NCBI RefSeq assembly: GCF_004365815.1
Contig: NZ_SODD01000013.1
Location: 18,978-50,977, forward strand
DNA: 32,000 nt
Reading direction: 5' to 3'
Source of the DNA: Breznakia blatticola
Lineage (GTDB): Bacteria; Bacillota_I; Bacilli_A; Erysipelotrichales; Erysipelotrichaceae
Below the pieces are notes generated by a model. It saw only the letters and a list, made by a program, of their open reading frames with translations. It was not told where the DNA came from and made no database searches. Shown here in pieces: positions 16,889 through 24,775 of this stretch. Position numbers and translations under genes: made by a program. Every line of letters starts with the position of its first letter. The stretch's first letter is position 1.

Positions 16889-16907
16889 GGTTTTTTACTT
16901 GACACCT
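16871..16907 (-). terminator. Rho-independent terminator of the comG operon
   Basis: The minus strand reads AGGTGTCAAG-taaaaaac-CTTGACACCT (10-bp perfect stem) followed by TTATTTTTT. The stem overlaps the last codons and stop of the 16895..17326 ORF. Confidence 0.7.
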
Positions 16908-17326
16908 CTTTCATATTGGTAATTGAGTATTTTCTTTGACTCATAATCATAGGATACAATGCTTGTTATTTGATAATTTGCACCTGTAATTTCAATACGA
17001 CAGCTCTGCTCATCACAACGAATTTGAATCATACAATTTTTATATTCATGATCGCGCATAGATTCTTCCATTTTGATCATTTGCTTTGCACTAGATAGTG
17101 CATATAATTCCACAAACTCGACTTTACTTTGCATGGGTCTTTGCGCTTCTATTTTTAAAGTAAGCACACTTATAAAACTAAACATAAAACTGAGCAGCAG
17201 CAATCCATATAAGCCAATAAATCCATGTTTAGCAACCGATGATTCGTTCCTTAATCTCTTGTTTTTTGTGTTTATAGACAAGATAGATACACTCCTCTCT
17301 TTGTGTGAAGTATGCATCATCCACAT
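16895..17326 (-). CDS. ComGG-like minor pseudopilin (last gene of the comG operon); start uncertain
   Basis: The call is positional. It has an N-terminal KHGFIGLYGLLLLSFMFSFISVL hydrophobic segment like ComGG (GF followed by a TM segment, no Glu+5). There is no convincing RBS at the tracked start, and the ORF overlaps the upstream gene by ~98 nt. Confidence 0.5.
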   Translation of the reverse strand: MWMMHTSHKERSVSILSINTKNKRLRNESSVAKHGFIGLYGLLLLSFMFSFISVLTLKIEAQRPMQSKVEFVELYALSSAKQMIKMEESMRDHEYKNCMIQIRCDEQSCRIEITGANYQITSIVSYDYESKKILNYQYERGVK

Positions 17327-17657
17327 CTTGTAGGAACACTTGATATCCAGGTTGCATGATCAGACGATCCTTTTGTAAGGATACTTGCATGTCTTTATCA
17401 TAATATGACAAGTATAAACTTCCATCAGCATAACAAGTATCACTGAGCACATAAATCAAGCGAAGTTGTGAGATACTAATGTCATCTTCTCCATCATACA
17501 GACTAGTATCCATACGTCGTAAACCTTGTAAATACATTAAAAGTAAAGATAATAAGATACTTACAATCAGCAAGCTAAACAGTGCTTCTAACATACTAAA
17601 CCCCATATGGATTGTCATCTTCTTCAGTTTCTTGTTCTGTATGTTCTCCATCTTCAT
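17229..17657 (-). CDS. ComGF-like minor pseudopilin; start ambiguous (17657, 17651 or 17618)
   Basis: A prepilin-type motif HMG|FSMLEALFSLLIVSILL (Gly-1, Phe+1, Glu+5) is followed by a TM helix. GAGGG lies 8 nt upstream of the ATG at 17651. Confidence 0.6.
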   Translation of the reverse strand: MKMENIQNKKLKKMTIHMGFSMLEALFSLLIVSILLSLLLMYLQGLRRMDTSLYDGEDDISISQLRLIYVLSDTCYADGSLYLSYYDKDMQVSLQKDRLIMQPGYQVFLQDVDDAYFTQREECIYLVYKHKKQEIKERIIGC

Positions 17658-17859
17658 TTCCCTCGATTTCTTCTGGTTCTACATAGCGAAACTCTTCATA
17701 GAATGTTTTCATTTCTAATTCTTCATCATAGGTATTTCGTTTAATATGCAAATACTTGTATATGCTTTGACTACATACACTTAAGAATAATACGAGAATC
17801 ATGCACACTTGCATAAATATAATACTTTCACTCAAGAGAAACCCTTTTTTACTTCGCAT
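17596..17859 (-). CDS. ComGE-like minor pseudopilin with an acidic C-terminal tail
   Basis: The sequence MRSKKG|FLLSESIIFMQVCMILVLFL shows prepilin cleavage-type motifs with Glu+5. I prefer the ATG at 17859; the tracked start at 17871 is a GTG. The tail reads EPEEIEGNEDGEHTEQETEEDDNPYGV. Confidence 0.6.
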   Translation of the reverse strand: MRSKKGFLLSESIIFMQVCMILVLFLSVCSQSIYKYLHIKRNTYDEELEMKTFYEEFRYVEPEEIEGNEDGEHTEQETEEDDNPYGV

Positions 17860-18271
17860 AGATATTTCCACTTCCTAGATGAATGACTAATTGTTTTTGT
17901 TGGTTATTAAATGTACAAGTAATCGTTCGTGCCTGATTCACATTTCCGCGTTCATTGAAATAGATTTCATGCTCTCCACAAGTCATCCCTCTAGCAAGTT
18001 GATAGGTTTTCTTACCACTTATAATTTGAGAGTTTTGAATTTGAACATATTCAACTTGTTTTGTCAGAATTGCTTCTCTTTGTGCTAGTAAAAGGATACT
18101 TTTCACTTTATCCATCTCCAGTGATAAAGATGTGCTAGATGTTGTTGTCCTTGTAAATAGCAATAAACAAATACTTATAATCGTAAGTACTAATATCGCC
18201 TCAAGCAAAGTAAATCCTTTTTTATTTACTTGCTTTAGCTTCACCACCAACAATGGTAATTTTTTCTCCAT
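17849..18271 (-). CDS. comGD: ComGD-like minor pseudopilin; start uncertain
   Basis: The motif NKKG|FTLLEAILVLTIISICLLLF has Gly-1, Phe+1 and Glu+5. The tracked ATG gives an unusually long 18-aa leader with no clear RBS. In-frame TTG/GTG codons follow. Confidence 0.7.
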   Translation of the reverse strand: MEKKLPLLVVKLKQVNKKGFTLLEAILVLTIISICLLLFTRTTTSSTSLSLEMDKVKSILLLAQREAILTKQVEYVQIQNSQIISGKKTYQLARGMTCGEHEIYFNERGNVNQARTITCTFNNQQKQLVIHLGSGNIYAK

Positions 18272-18524
18272 CTGGACAACGTGCCTGACTTTCTTTTACA
18301 TATCCTTTACTAATGAGTTGTTGCATACTTGAAGGTGTCTCAAGCGTCTCAATTTCATATAACAAGATTTGTGCATTTACAACTTCAACTAAAGCCTCAC
18401 ACCCTTTATTGTCGATAACCTCTTTTTTCTGTTGAATATTTGGAATCGTCAACAGGAAGATAAGTGCAATAATTGTTAATACAATAATCATTTCCAATAT
18501 GGTAAACCCTTTTTTATGCTTCAT
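18222..18524 (-). CDS. comGC: Major competence pseudopilin ComGC
   Basis: The sequence MKHKKG|FTILEMIIVLTIIALIFLL is a class III signal peptide with Glu+5. The ATG at 18524 has an AAAGGA RBS and lies 2 nt after the comGB stop. The protein is 100 aa. The track start at 18578 lies inside comGB. Confidence 0.85.
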   Translation of the reverse strand: MKHKKGFTILEMIIVLTIIALIFLLTIPNIQQKKEVIDNKGCEALVEVVNAQILLYEIETLETPSSMQQLISKGYVKESQARCPDGEKITIVGGEAKASK

Positions 18525-18526
18525 GG

Positions 18527-19555
18527 TTACATCCTTTCTAATAACTGTAAAGGTAACAACATGACTTGATATACACATATGACCATAACCCCAACAAAGC
18601 TATAAGAAATCATTTGCAATAGCATCGTAAATTTCCGTATTTGCATTTGCCAACGTTTTTGTTGCTCATCGCGATATGAAATCATCATTTCTCGGAATGC
18701 TCCTGTTGATGAACCAATCGTGAAATGCAATTTAAAACGCTTGGATATCCATGGATTTCTTTGCAAGACCACAAACAACTCTTCTCCTGCATTCAGTCCA
18801 TCATAAATTGATTTACTCACACTATGAAATAGTGGTTGTTTTCGTATATCTTGTAAAAACAAGAAGGCTTGTCTTGTACTTAACCCATGTGCATCAAGTT
18901 CAATTAAATAATGTGCTAAATAAAATGACATCCATTCTTTTACCGTTTTACTGTGTGCAATTGCAAACATTCCTACATGACGTAAAATTCGTTTACTTAA
19001 CTGACACAAAATAAGTAATATCATCACAAAAAGTAAGCAAAGCACCATCACATTCACAATATGTTGAATGATTTCAACAAGTTCAAACATCACATTCTGC
19101 TCAAATTCAAAATGTTGAACCAGTTGTGGTATGACAAATCCCGAAAACACATACACTGTAAAAAATGATATCAATAGCACAAATAGTGGATATACACTTT
19201 TCTTGAGCATCTCTTGCTTTAGTTTCTTTTCAAACATCTCCATTGAGCATGCACAAGAAATCGCATTTGTTAAACTTGTCATCTTCAAAAAGAACTCAAG
19301 AAACACTTTCATCCTACCTTTAGAACTATCTATGACAAGTTGTTCAATACGTAAACCATCATCAATCGCTTTGCATATTTCAAAATGATCTTTCTCCATA
19401 AGTTGGAGTGCTTGTTGTAACGGATAGCCTTGTTGCAACAAACTTGCAAAATACGACCACTCATCCATACGCATATGTAGACGTACTTGTTTATTAAATT
19501 TGATTTCTTTGTTTAGCCAAGCGAATTTTGTCTTCCATGGTTTCATAGCTTTCAT
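18527..19555 (-). CDS. comGB: Competence pseudopilus platform protein ComGB (GspF/PilC family)
   Basis: This polytopic membrane protein has the ...LLQQGYPLQQALQLM... GspF-type repeat. The ATG at 19555 has AAAGGAGAA 7 nt upstream. The tracked 19558 is a TTG. Confidence 0.9.
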   Translation of the reverse strand: MKAMKPWKTKFAWLNKEIKFNKQVRLHMRMDEWSYFASLLQQGYPLQQALQLMEKDHFEICKAIDDGLRIEQLVIDSSKGRMKVFLEFFLKMTSLTNAISCACSMEMFEKKLKQEMLKKSVYPLFVLLISFFTVYVFSGFVIPQLVQHFEFEQNVMFELVEIIQHIVNVMVLCLLFVMILLILCQLSKRILRHVGMFAIAHSKTVKEWMSFYLAHYLIELDAHGLSTRQAFLFLQDIRKQPLFHSVSKSIYDGLNAGEELFVVLQRNPWISKRFKLHFTIGSSTGAFREMMISYRDEQQKRWQMQIRKFTMLLQMISYSFVGVMVICVYQVMLLPLQLLERM

Positions 19556-20450
19556 CAAGCGGTTCTCCTTTCAGTACACGTGCGATATCTGCTTCATCCA
19601 TCATTTCATAAATGCAAATACGTTTCTCTTCATCTTTTGCTTTAAAAATTCGTTGTGATGTCAAACCACACAGTGTTTCTTTTAAATCAAGTACACTCAC
19701 CCCAAAATCTAACATCCGTTTTATTACATCTACACAACTTTTCGCGTGAATAGTAGATAACACTAAGTGTCCACTCAATGCTGCTGTTATCAATTGTTTG
19801 GCAGTTGCTTCATCACGAATTTCACCAATCATAATGACATCCGGATCATGACGTAAAACTTGTTTAATTCCTTCTGCATACGTAAAATCTACTTTTTCAT
19901 TGATTTGCAATTGCAAATATGATGTGGATTGAATTTCAATAGGATCTTCCAAAGTAATCACATGTTTATTTTCGTATGTAGACAGTCTTTCCAACAGTGC
20001 ATGTAAAGTGGTGGTTTTTCCTGCACCAGTTGGACCTGACAATAAAATCAATCCACTTGAACGTTGTAACCAACATTTGAGTAATTCAATTTGACTTGGA
20101 TCTGTACTTAAATCTTCAATAGTAAAACGTTTGTGGTTGTTTAGTATCCTAAGTACACCTGTTTGCAGTTGCATTGTTCGTAAGTATGAAAAACGAAACT
20201 GTAGTTGCTCCTTTTTAAAGGTATACGAGAAGTTTCCACTTTGCGGTAATAGCGAATTACCCAAATCAAGATTGGCAATAAACTTTAAATAATGAAATAG
20301 ATTTTCATCTAGCAGTTTATGTTTGATTTCTTTAATTCCATCAATCCCGCGAATCCGCACAAATAACTGTCCATTTTGAAGTGTGAAATGAACATCACTT
20401 GCATCATACATTTCAATATACTCAAGTAGTTGTTTGATCCTTTTTTTCAT
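19494..20450 (-). CDS. comGA: Competence pseudopilus assembly ATPase ComGA (GspE/PilB family)
   Basis: The protein has Walker A LSGPTGAGKTTTL, Asp box/Walker B DPDVIMIGEIRD and His box LVLSTIHA. I prefer the ATG at 20450, which has a GAGG RBS. The tracked 20456 is a GTG. Confidence 0.92.
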   Translation of the reverse strand: MKKRIKQLLEYIEMYDASDVHFTLQNGQLFVRIRGIDGIKEIKHKLLDENLFHYLKFIANLDLGNSLLPQSGNFSYTFKKEQLQFRFSYLRTMQLQTGVLRILNNHKRFTIEDLSTDPSQIELLKCWLQRSSGLILLSGPTGAGKTTTLHALLERLSTYENKHVITLEDPIEIQSTSYLQLQINEKVDFTYAEGIKQVLRHDPDVIMIGEIRDEATAKQLITAALSGHLVLSTIHAKSCVDVIKRMLDFGVSVLDLKETLCGLTSQRIFKAKDEEKRICIYEMMDEADIARVLKGEPLDESYETMEDKIRLAKQRNQI

Positions 20451-20495
20451 ATACACCTCGCTTATTTATAGGTAAACAACAAGCTCACAAAATCC

Positions 20496-20526
20496 TAAAA
20501 AAAAACTCGCTTCCTAAGAAACGAGT
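20496..20526 (-). terminator. Rho-independent terminator after the MBL hydrolase gene
   Basis: The minus strand reads ACTCGTTTC-ttag-GAAGCGAGT (9 bp including one G-U) followed by T9. It separates the hydrolase gene from comGA. Confidence 0.75.
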
Positions 20527-20531
20527 CTACA

Positions 20532-21134
20532 TTAAAGATATGGATTATTTTGTTTTTCAAAATCTAGTGTTGTGCTTGGACCATGTCCAGGATACACTAT
20601 GTAATTTTTTTCAAGCATTTTTATCTTTGCTAGTGTTTGATTCATTTTATTGCTTGAACCAGTCGCTAAATCCGTGCGACCAACTGACATTTGAAAAAGC
20701 ACATCCCCACTGATGATAAAATCATCAAAGATCAGCAGCACACTTCCTTCTGAATGCCCAGGAGCTTCGAAAACTTCAAAATCGAAGTTACCAATATGTT
20801 CATGCATTTGATAACTCTTTGTATCAACATCCACTACAACATGATTTTGAAATCGATGTGATCCATTTATATTTGGATCTTTTAACATGCGTTTTTCTTG
20901 TTCACTCACATATACCGGACATTTATATAGTTTTTGGAAATGCTCAACACCTGCGATATGGTCAAAATGTCCATGTGTTAATAAAATTGCATCAACAATT
21001 CCATTCTCTGCTGCAATATGTTCAGCAATTTTACGACTTGATCCACCTGGATCAACCATCAGTACATGATTATCATTCCATATTAAATAGCAATTTGCTT
21101 GAATATCACCTAAAGGATATGTTTCTACTTTCAT
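20532..21134 (-). CDS. MBL-fold metallo-hydrolase (YqgX-like)
   Basis: The protein has THGHFDH (HxHxDH), a downstream PGHS and GHG, and is 200 aa. An AAGGAG RBS is present. An MBL hydrolase (yqgX) also lies just upstream of comG in B. subtilis (from memory). Confidence 0.85.
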   Translation of the reverse strand: MKVETYPLGDIQANCYLIWNDNHVLMVDPGGSSRKIAEHIAAENGIVDAILLTHGHFDHIAGVEHFQKLYKCPVYVSEQEKRMLKDPNINGSHRFQNHVVVDVDTKSYQMHEHIGNFDFEVFEAPGHSEGSVLLIFDDFIISGDVLFQMSVGRTDLATGSSNKMNQTLAKIKMLEKNYIVYPGHGPSTTLDFEKQNNPYL

Positions 21135-21151
21135 TGTGTTCTCCTTCTCAT

Positions 21152-21174
21152 AAGAAAAAGCCCTTTTCGGGCTT
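21152..21174 (-). terminator. Rho-independent terminator after rpmG
   Basis: The minus strand reads AAGCCC-gaaaa-GGGCTT followed by TTTCTT, 5 nt after the rpmG stop. Confidence 0.6.
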
Positions 21175-21179
21175 CATAA

Positions 21180-21329
21180 TTATTTCTTTTCTCTGTGTTC
21201 AGTCTTAGCGTTACATTTTGGACAGAATTTTTGAGCCACCATACGTTCTGGTTGCGTCTTTTTATTTCTTGTGTTGATGTAATTTTCCATCCCACATTTT
21301 GTACATTTCAAAGTAATACGATCTCTCAT
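21180..21329 (-). CDS. rpmG: 50S ribosomal protein L33 (zinc-ribbon, 4-Cys form); not in the ORF track (49 aa)
   Basis: My manual translation is MRDRITLKCTKCGMENYINTRNKKTQPERMVAQKFCPKCNAKTEHREKK. An AGGAGG RBS lies 8 nt upstream. The stop is TAA at 21182-21180. Confidence 0.9.
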   Translation of the reverse strand: MRDRITLKCTKCGMENYINTRNKKTQPERMVAQKFCPKCNAKTEHREKK

Positions 21330-21361
21330 CTGAAAATCCTCCTAACTCTTTAGCGTTTCCT

Positions 21362-21391
21362 ATTGTATCATATACATTTAGTAAAAGTCTA
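21362..21391 (-). promoter_or_regulatory. Candidate promoter for rpmG (extended -10)
   Basis: The minus strand reads TAGACT (21391-21386), 18 nt ending in TGa, TACAAT (21367-21362). The -35 overlaps the PBP stop codon. Confidence 0.4.
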
Positions 21392-23527
21392 CTTCTTATT
21401 TTCAAAATAGTACTTAGCGATTTTACCTACTGGAGCACCACATACATTGCTTCCTAAGTTGTTTGAGTTACTTGTGTAGTTTGGTGCAATACAACTAATC
21501 GCAATTTCTGGTTCTTCATATGGTCCATAAGCCACAATAGAGTTCGATACAGTATCGACACTTCCACTTTCTAAATACACATTGTTTTCTGCGGTTCCTG
21601 TTTTTACTGCCATCTTCACACCGACAGCTGCATCACTAACTTCTTGTGGACAAATTCCTGCTTTTCCATCAATTCCTTCAATACAACCACGCATTCCTTC
21701 TTGTGCACGCGAAATATACGTTTCAACGCTTGTTCCTTTTAAAGTAGATAGAATGTTTGCCCCCATTTTATAAATTACAGTATCCGGGTCATTAACTTCA
21801 GTGACTCTATCTAAGAAGTGGGTTTGTACACGTTTTCCACCATTTGCGATAGTTGCTACATATTGTGCAAGCTGCATTGATGTATACGTATCATATTGAC
21901 CAATTGCCATTGCCATAATTTTCCCGTGTTCTTCTGTACCACCAATAGCTCCGACTCCTTCAGTAGGTACATCTAATCCAGTTGTTACCCCAAGTCCAAA
22001 CATATTGTAATACGTACGCATTTTCTCAAATGTACCTTCTGCATATGGCATTGCCATTTCGGGTACATACGATTGCATCCCTGCCATACGTAAAGCGATA
22101 GTTGCCATATATACGTTACTTGATACCGCAATTGCTGAACGGTCAGTTAAAGCTCCCCACGTTTGATAACTTTTAAATGGATCCGTTCCTTGGAATTTCA
22201 ACGGTTGGTCAATAACCACTTCTCCAGGCCCTACAACACCTTCTTCGAGTCCCATATATAAGGTTGCCATCTTCACTGTACTTCCAACACGTTCGGCATT
22301 TAAATACGTTCCACTTGGAATTGATTCAATTTCGCCATCTTTATTCTTTTGAATACCTGCCGTTGCAAGTACTTCACCAGTATTTACATCCAAAACGGTC
22401 ATGTACATATTATTGAAGTATTCCGTATCACTTGAACGACTATTCATTGCTTCGCGTAATAAACGATCTGCTTCCTTCATCATTTCAACGTCAATAGATA
22501 ACGTTAAATCATAACCACTTTTCCCTGCATTGTTTTCATCTAATTTTGCAATTCCTTCACTATCATAACTAATATCATAGTCTTTACTTGTCCCTACCAG
22601 GAACGATTCATATTCTTTTTCAATTCCTGAAATTCCAATTCGTTGATTCATTGCATAACCAAGTCCTAGGTAATATTGCATATTCTCTGAAGGTAATCCT
22701 TGTGTTTGATCGGATACACTTCCAACAATAGATTTCACAATTGGGTTATCATTATCATAATACACACGTTCCCAATCATCACGGTATTCAAATCCTGGAT
22801 ATGCACTACGATTTTCTAATAACTTAGCAATTTGTTCATTCGAAACACCTTCTTTGATAATTTTAAATTCATTTTCAGGTGCTTGATTCATTAACATATA
22901 GGTTAAATATAACTTCTTTGTATTCTCATCTAAACCAGAAATATCCATACGTTCAATCTTCAATGCATAAATATCATCGTTATCAAGTTTTCCTTCATTT
23001 GCTTTTGTCAGTTCTTCTTCTGTCAAAAGTGAATTAAAGTTTTCTTTATGCAATTGATATTCATGTAGATAATGCATGTCTTTTAATTGACGCTCAGTAA
23101 TCGCAGCACTTTCAACGCCACGTGAATTTGTCTTTGTTAGTGACATACCAAAGTCCGTAAGAATCTTTTCAGCAAGTTCCCACTCTTCTTTTGCTGTTAT
23201 GTTTTCAGGAGGATAATAAAATATCGACAATGATTTTTTCGAGGAAGCTAATAAAACTCCATTACGATCTTTAATATCACCTCTAGGTGGTGCAAATGCT
23301 TGTCGTTTCATTGTGAATGCCTCTAATTTGATGGCATATTCATCTTGTTTTACCAATTGGATATTTACCAATTTTATCGAGATAATCGCAAAAGCAGCAA
23401 CAATAAGCACAATAAAAACACGTGCTCGTATATTGATTACTTTTTGTAGATCATCTTTCTTTGCAAATATATTACTAGACCGTCTACGACGATCTTGATC
23501 ACTTTTTCTAAATGGATTTGTTATCAT
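21389..23527 (-). CDS. Class B penicillin-binding protein (elongation-type transpeptidase, PBP2A/PbpA-like)
   Basis: An N-terminal TM anchor (VFIVLIVAAFAIISIKLV) is followed by the transpeptidase triad STVK (SxxK), SSN (SxN) and KTGT. The 712-aa length is similar to B. subtilis PbpA. Confidence 0.92.
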   Translation of the reverse strand: MITNPFRKSDQDRRRRSSNIFAKKDDLQKVINIRARVFIVLIVAAFAIISIKLVNIQLVKQDEYAIKLEAFTMKRQAFAPPRGDIKDRNGVLLASSKKSLSIFYYPPENITAKEEWELAEKILTDFGMSLTKTNSRGVESAAITERQLKDMHYLHEYQLHKENFNSLLTEEELTKANEGKLDNDDIYALKIERMDISGLDENTKKLYLTYMLMNQAPENEFKIIKEGVSNEQIAKLLENRSAYPGFEYRDDWERVYYDNDNPIVKSIVGSVSDQTQGLPSENMQYYLGLGYAMNQRIGISGIEKEYESFLVGTSKDYDISYDSEGIAKLDENNAGKSGYDLTLSIDVEMMKEADRLLREAMNSRSSDTEYFNNMYMTVLDVNTGEVLATAGIQKNKDGEIESIPSGTYLNAERVGSTVKMATLYMGLEEGVVGPGEVVIDQPLKFQGTDPFKSYQTWGALTDRSAIAVSSNVYMATIALRMAGMQSYVPEMAMPYAEGTFEKMRTYYNMFGLGVTTGLDVPTEGVGAIGGTEEHGKIMAMAIGQYDTYTSMQLAQYVATIANGGKRVQTHFLDRVTEVNDPDTVIYKMGANILSTLKGTSVETYISRAQEGMRGCIEGIDGKAGICPQEVSDAAVGVKMAVKTGTAENNVYLESGSVDTVSNSIVAYGPYEEPEIAISCIAPNYTSNSNNLGSNVCGAPVGKIAKYYFENKK

Positions 23528-23550
23528 AAGCCTTGTCTCCAGTCCAAGTT

Positions 23551-23559
23551 ATTATAGCA
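23551..23559 (-). promoter_or_regulatory. Candidate extended -10 promoter for the PBP gene
   Basis: The minus strand reads TGcTATAAT about 24 nt upstream of the ATG, ahead of a GGAG RBS. No good -35 is present. Confidence 0.35.
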
Positions 23560-23635
23560 TGATTCTTCTTTATTTCTTGCGTATACATGTGAAAAAATAC
23601 TGAAAATTGATTCTTACTCACATTTACAAAAAGAG

Positions 23636-23644
23636 TGGTATAAT
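23636..23644 (+). promoter_or_regulatory. Candidate extended -10 promoter for ispG
   Basis: TGgTATAAT lies 16 nt upstream of the ATG at 23661, ahead of an AGGTGA RBS. No well-spaced -35 is present. Confidence 0.35.
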
Positions 23645-23660
23645 GCGATTAGGTGATATT

Positions 23661-24719
23661 ATGAAAATAAGAGAAAAAACAAGACCCATTCAAGTTGGCA
23701 ATCTAACTATTGGAGGGCAAAATAAAGTCGTTATTCAATCGATGTGTTCGATTAAAACAAGCAAAGTCAAAGAAGTGGTGGAACAAATCTATCGTTTAGA
23801 AGATGTTGGCTGTCAACTAGTTCGTGTATCCGTTATGGATGATGAAGATGCAAAAGCGATTAAAGAAATTAAGAAATTTATCCACATACCTTTAGTTGCA
23901 GACATCCATTTTAACTACAAGCAAGCAATTGCTGCAATTGAAAATGGTGCAGATAAAATCCGTTTGAATCCCGGTAACATCGGTTCAAAAGAAAATGTGC
24001 AAAAAGTTGTCAATCTCTGCAAGGAAAAACATATTCCAATTCGCATTGGAATTAACTCTGGATCTCTCGAAAAAGATATTCATGAAAAATATGGAAAACC
24101 AACAGCTGAAGGTATGATTGAAAGTGCATCTCGTCATGTGAAAATATTAGAAGATATGGAATTTTACGATATTTGTCTATCATTTAAAAGCAGTGATGTA
24201 CAACTTTGCATTGATGTGTATCGATTAGCCGCAAAAACTTTTGACTACCCATTGCATTTAGGAGTAACCGAAGCGGGTAACTTTGCAATTTCATCTATCA
24301 AAAGCAGTGTTGCTTTAGGAACATTACTAGAAGCAGGTATTGGAGATACAATGCGTGTTTCTGTCAATGGTGAACCTGAAGATGAAATCTTTATTTGTAA
24401 GCAAATTCTTAAAGGTTTACATTTAATTGACAATGTTGCAAATTTAGTTGCTTGTCCTACATGTGGACGTACACAATTTGATATCCGTCCAATCGTTGAT
24501 GAAATGGAAGCCTATATGCGTACCGTCGATAAAGATATTACTGTTGCAATTATGGGATGTGCAGTTAATGGACCAGGAGAAGCAAAGCATGCAGATATTG
24601 CGATTGCTGGTGGAGTTGATGATGGTTTACTTATTAAAAAAGGTGAAATTATAAAACGTGTGAAACAAGAAGATATGATTCGCGTATTAAAAGAAGAAAT
24701 AGATGCATTTGAAGGTTGA
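23661..24719 (+). CDS. ispG: 4-hydroxy-3-methylbut-2-en-1-yl diphosphate synthase (flavodoxin), MEP pathway
   Basis: The sequence is MKIREKTRPIQVGNLTIGGQNKVVIQSM... with Cys ligands CPTCGR and GCAVNGPGE. The start at 23661 has an RBS. The track start at 23607 precedes the promoter-like TATAAT. Confidence 0.95.
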   Translation: MKIREKTRPIQVGNLTIGGQNKVVIQSMCSIKTSKVKEVVEQIYRLEDVGCQLVRVSVMDDEDAKAIKEIKKFIHIPLVADIHFNYKQAIAAIENGADKIRLNPGNIGSKENVQKVVNLCKEKHIPIRIGINSGSLEKDIHEKYGKPTAEGMIESASRHVKILEDMEFYDICLSFKSSDVQLCIDVYRLAAKTFDYPLHLGVTEAGNFAISSIKSSVALGTLLEAGIGDTMRVSVNGEPEDEIFICKQILKGLHLIDNVANLVACPTCGRTQFDIRPIVDEMEAYMRTVDKDITVAIMGCAVNGPGEAKHADIAIAGGVDDGLLIKKGEIIKRVKQEDMIRVLKEEIDAFEG

Positions 24720-24737
24720 GTTTGCTCAGCCTTTTCT
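24714..24737 (+). terminator. Rho-independent terminator after ispG
   Basis: GGTTGAG-tttg-CTCAGCC (one G-U) is followed by TTTTCT. The stem overlaps the stop codon. Confidence 0.5.
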
Positions 24738-24741
24738 AATA

Positions 24742-24775
24742 CAAAAAAACATCCACATAATAATGATGCAGATGT
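24742..24775 (-). terminator. Rho-independent terminator after nfo
   Basis: The minus strand reads ACATCTGCA-tcattatta-TGTGGATGT (9 bp including two G-U) followed by T7. Confidence 0.6.
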
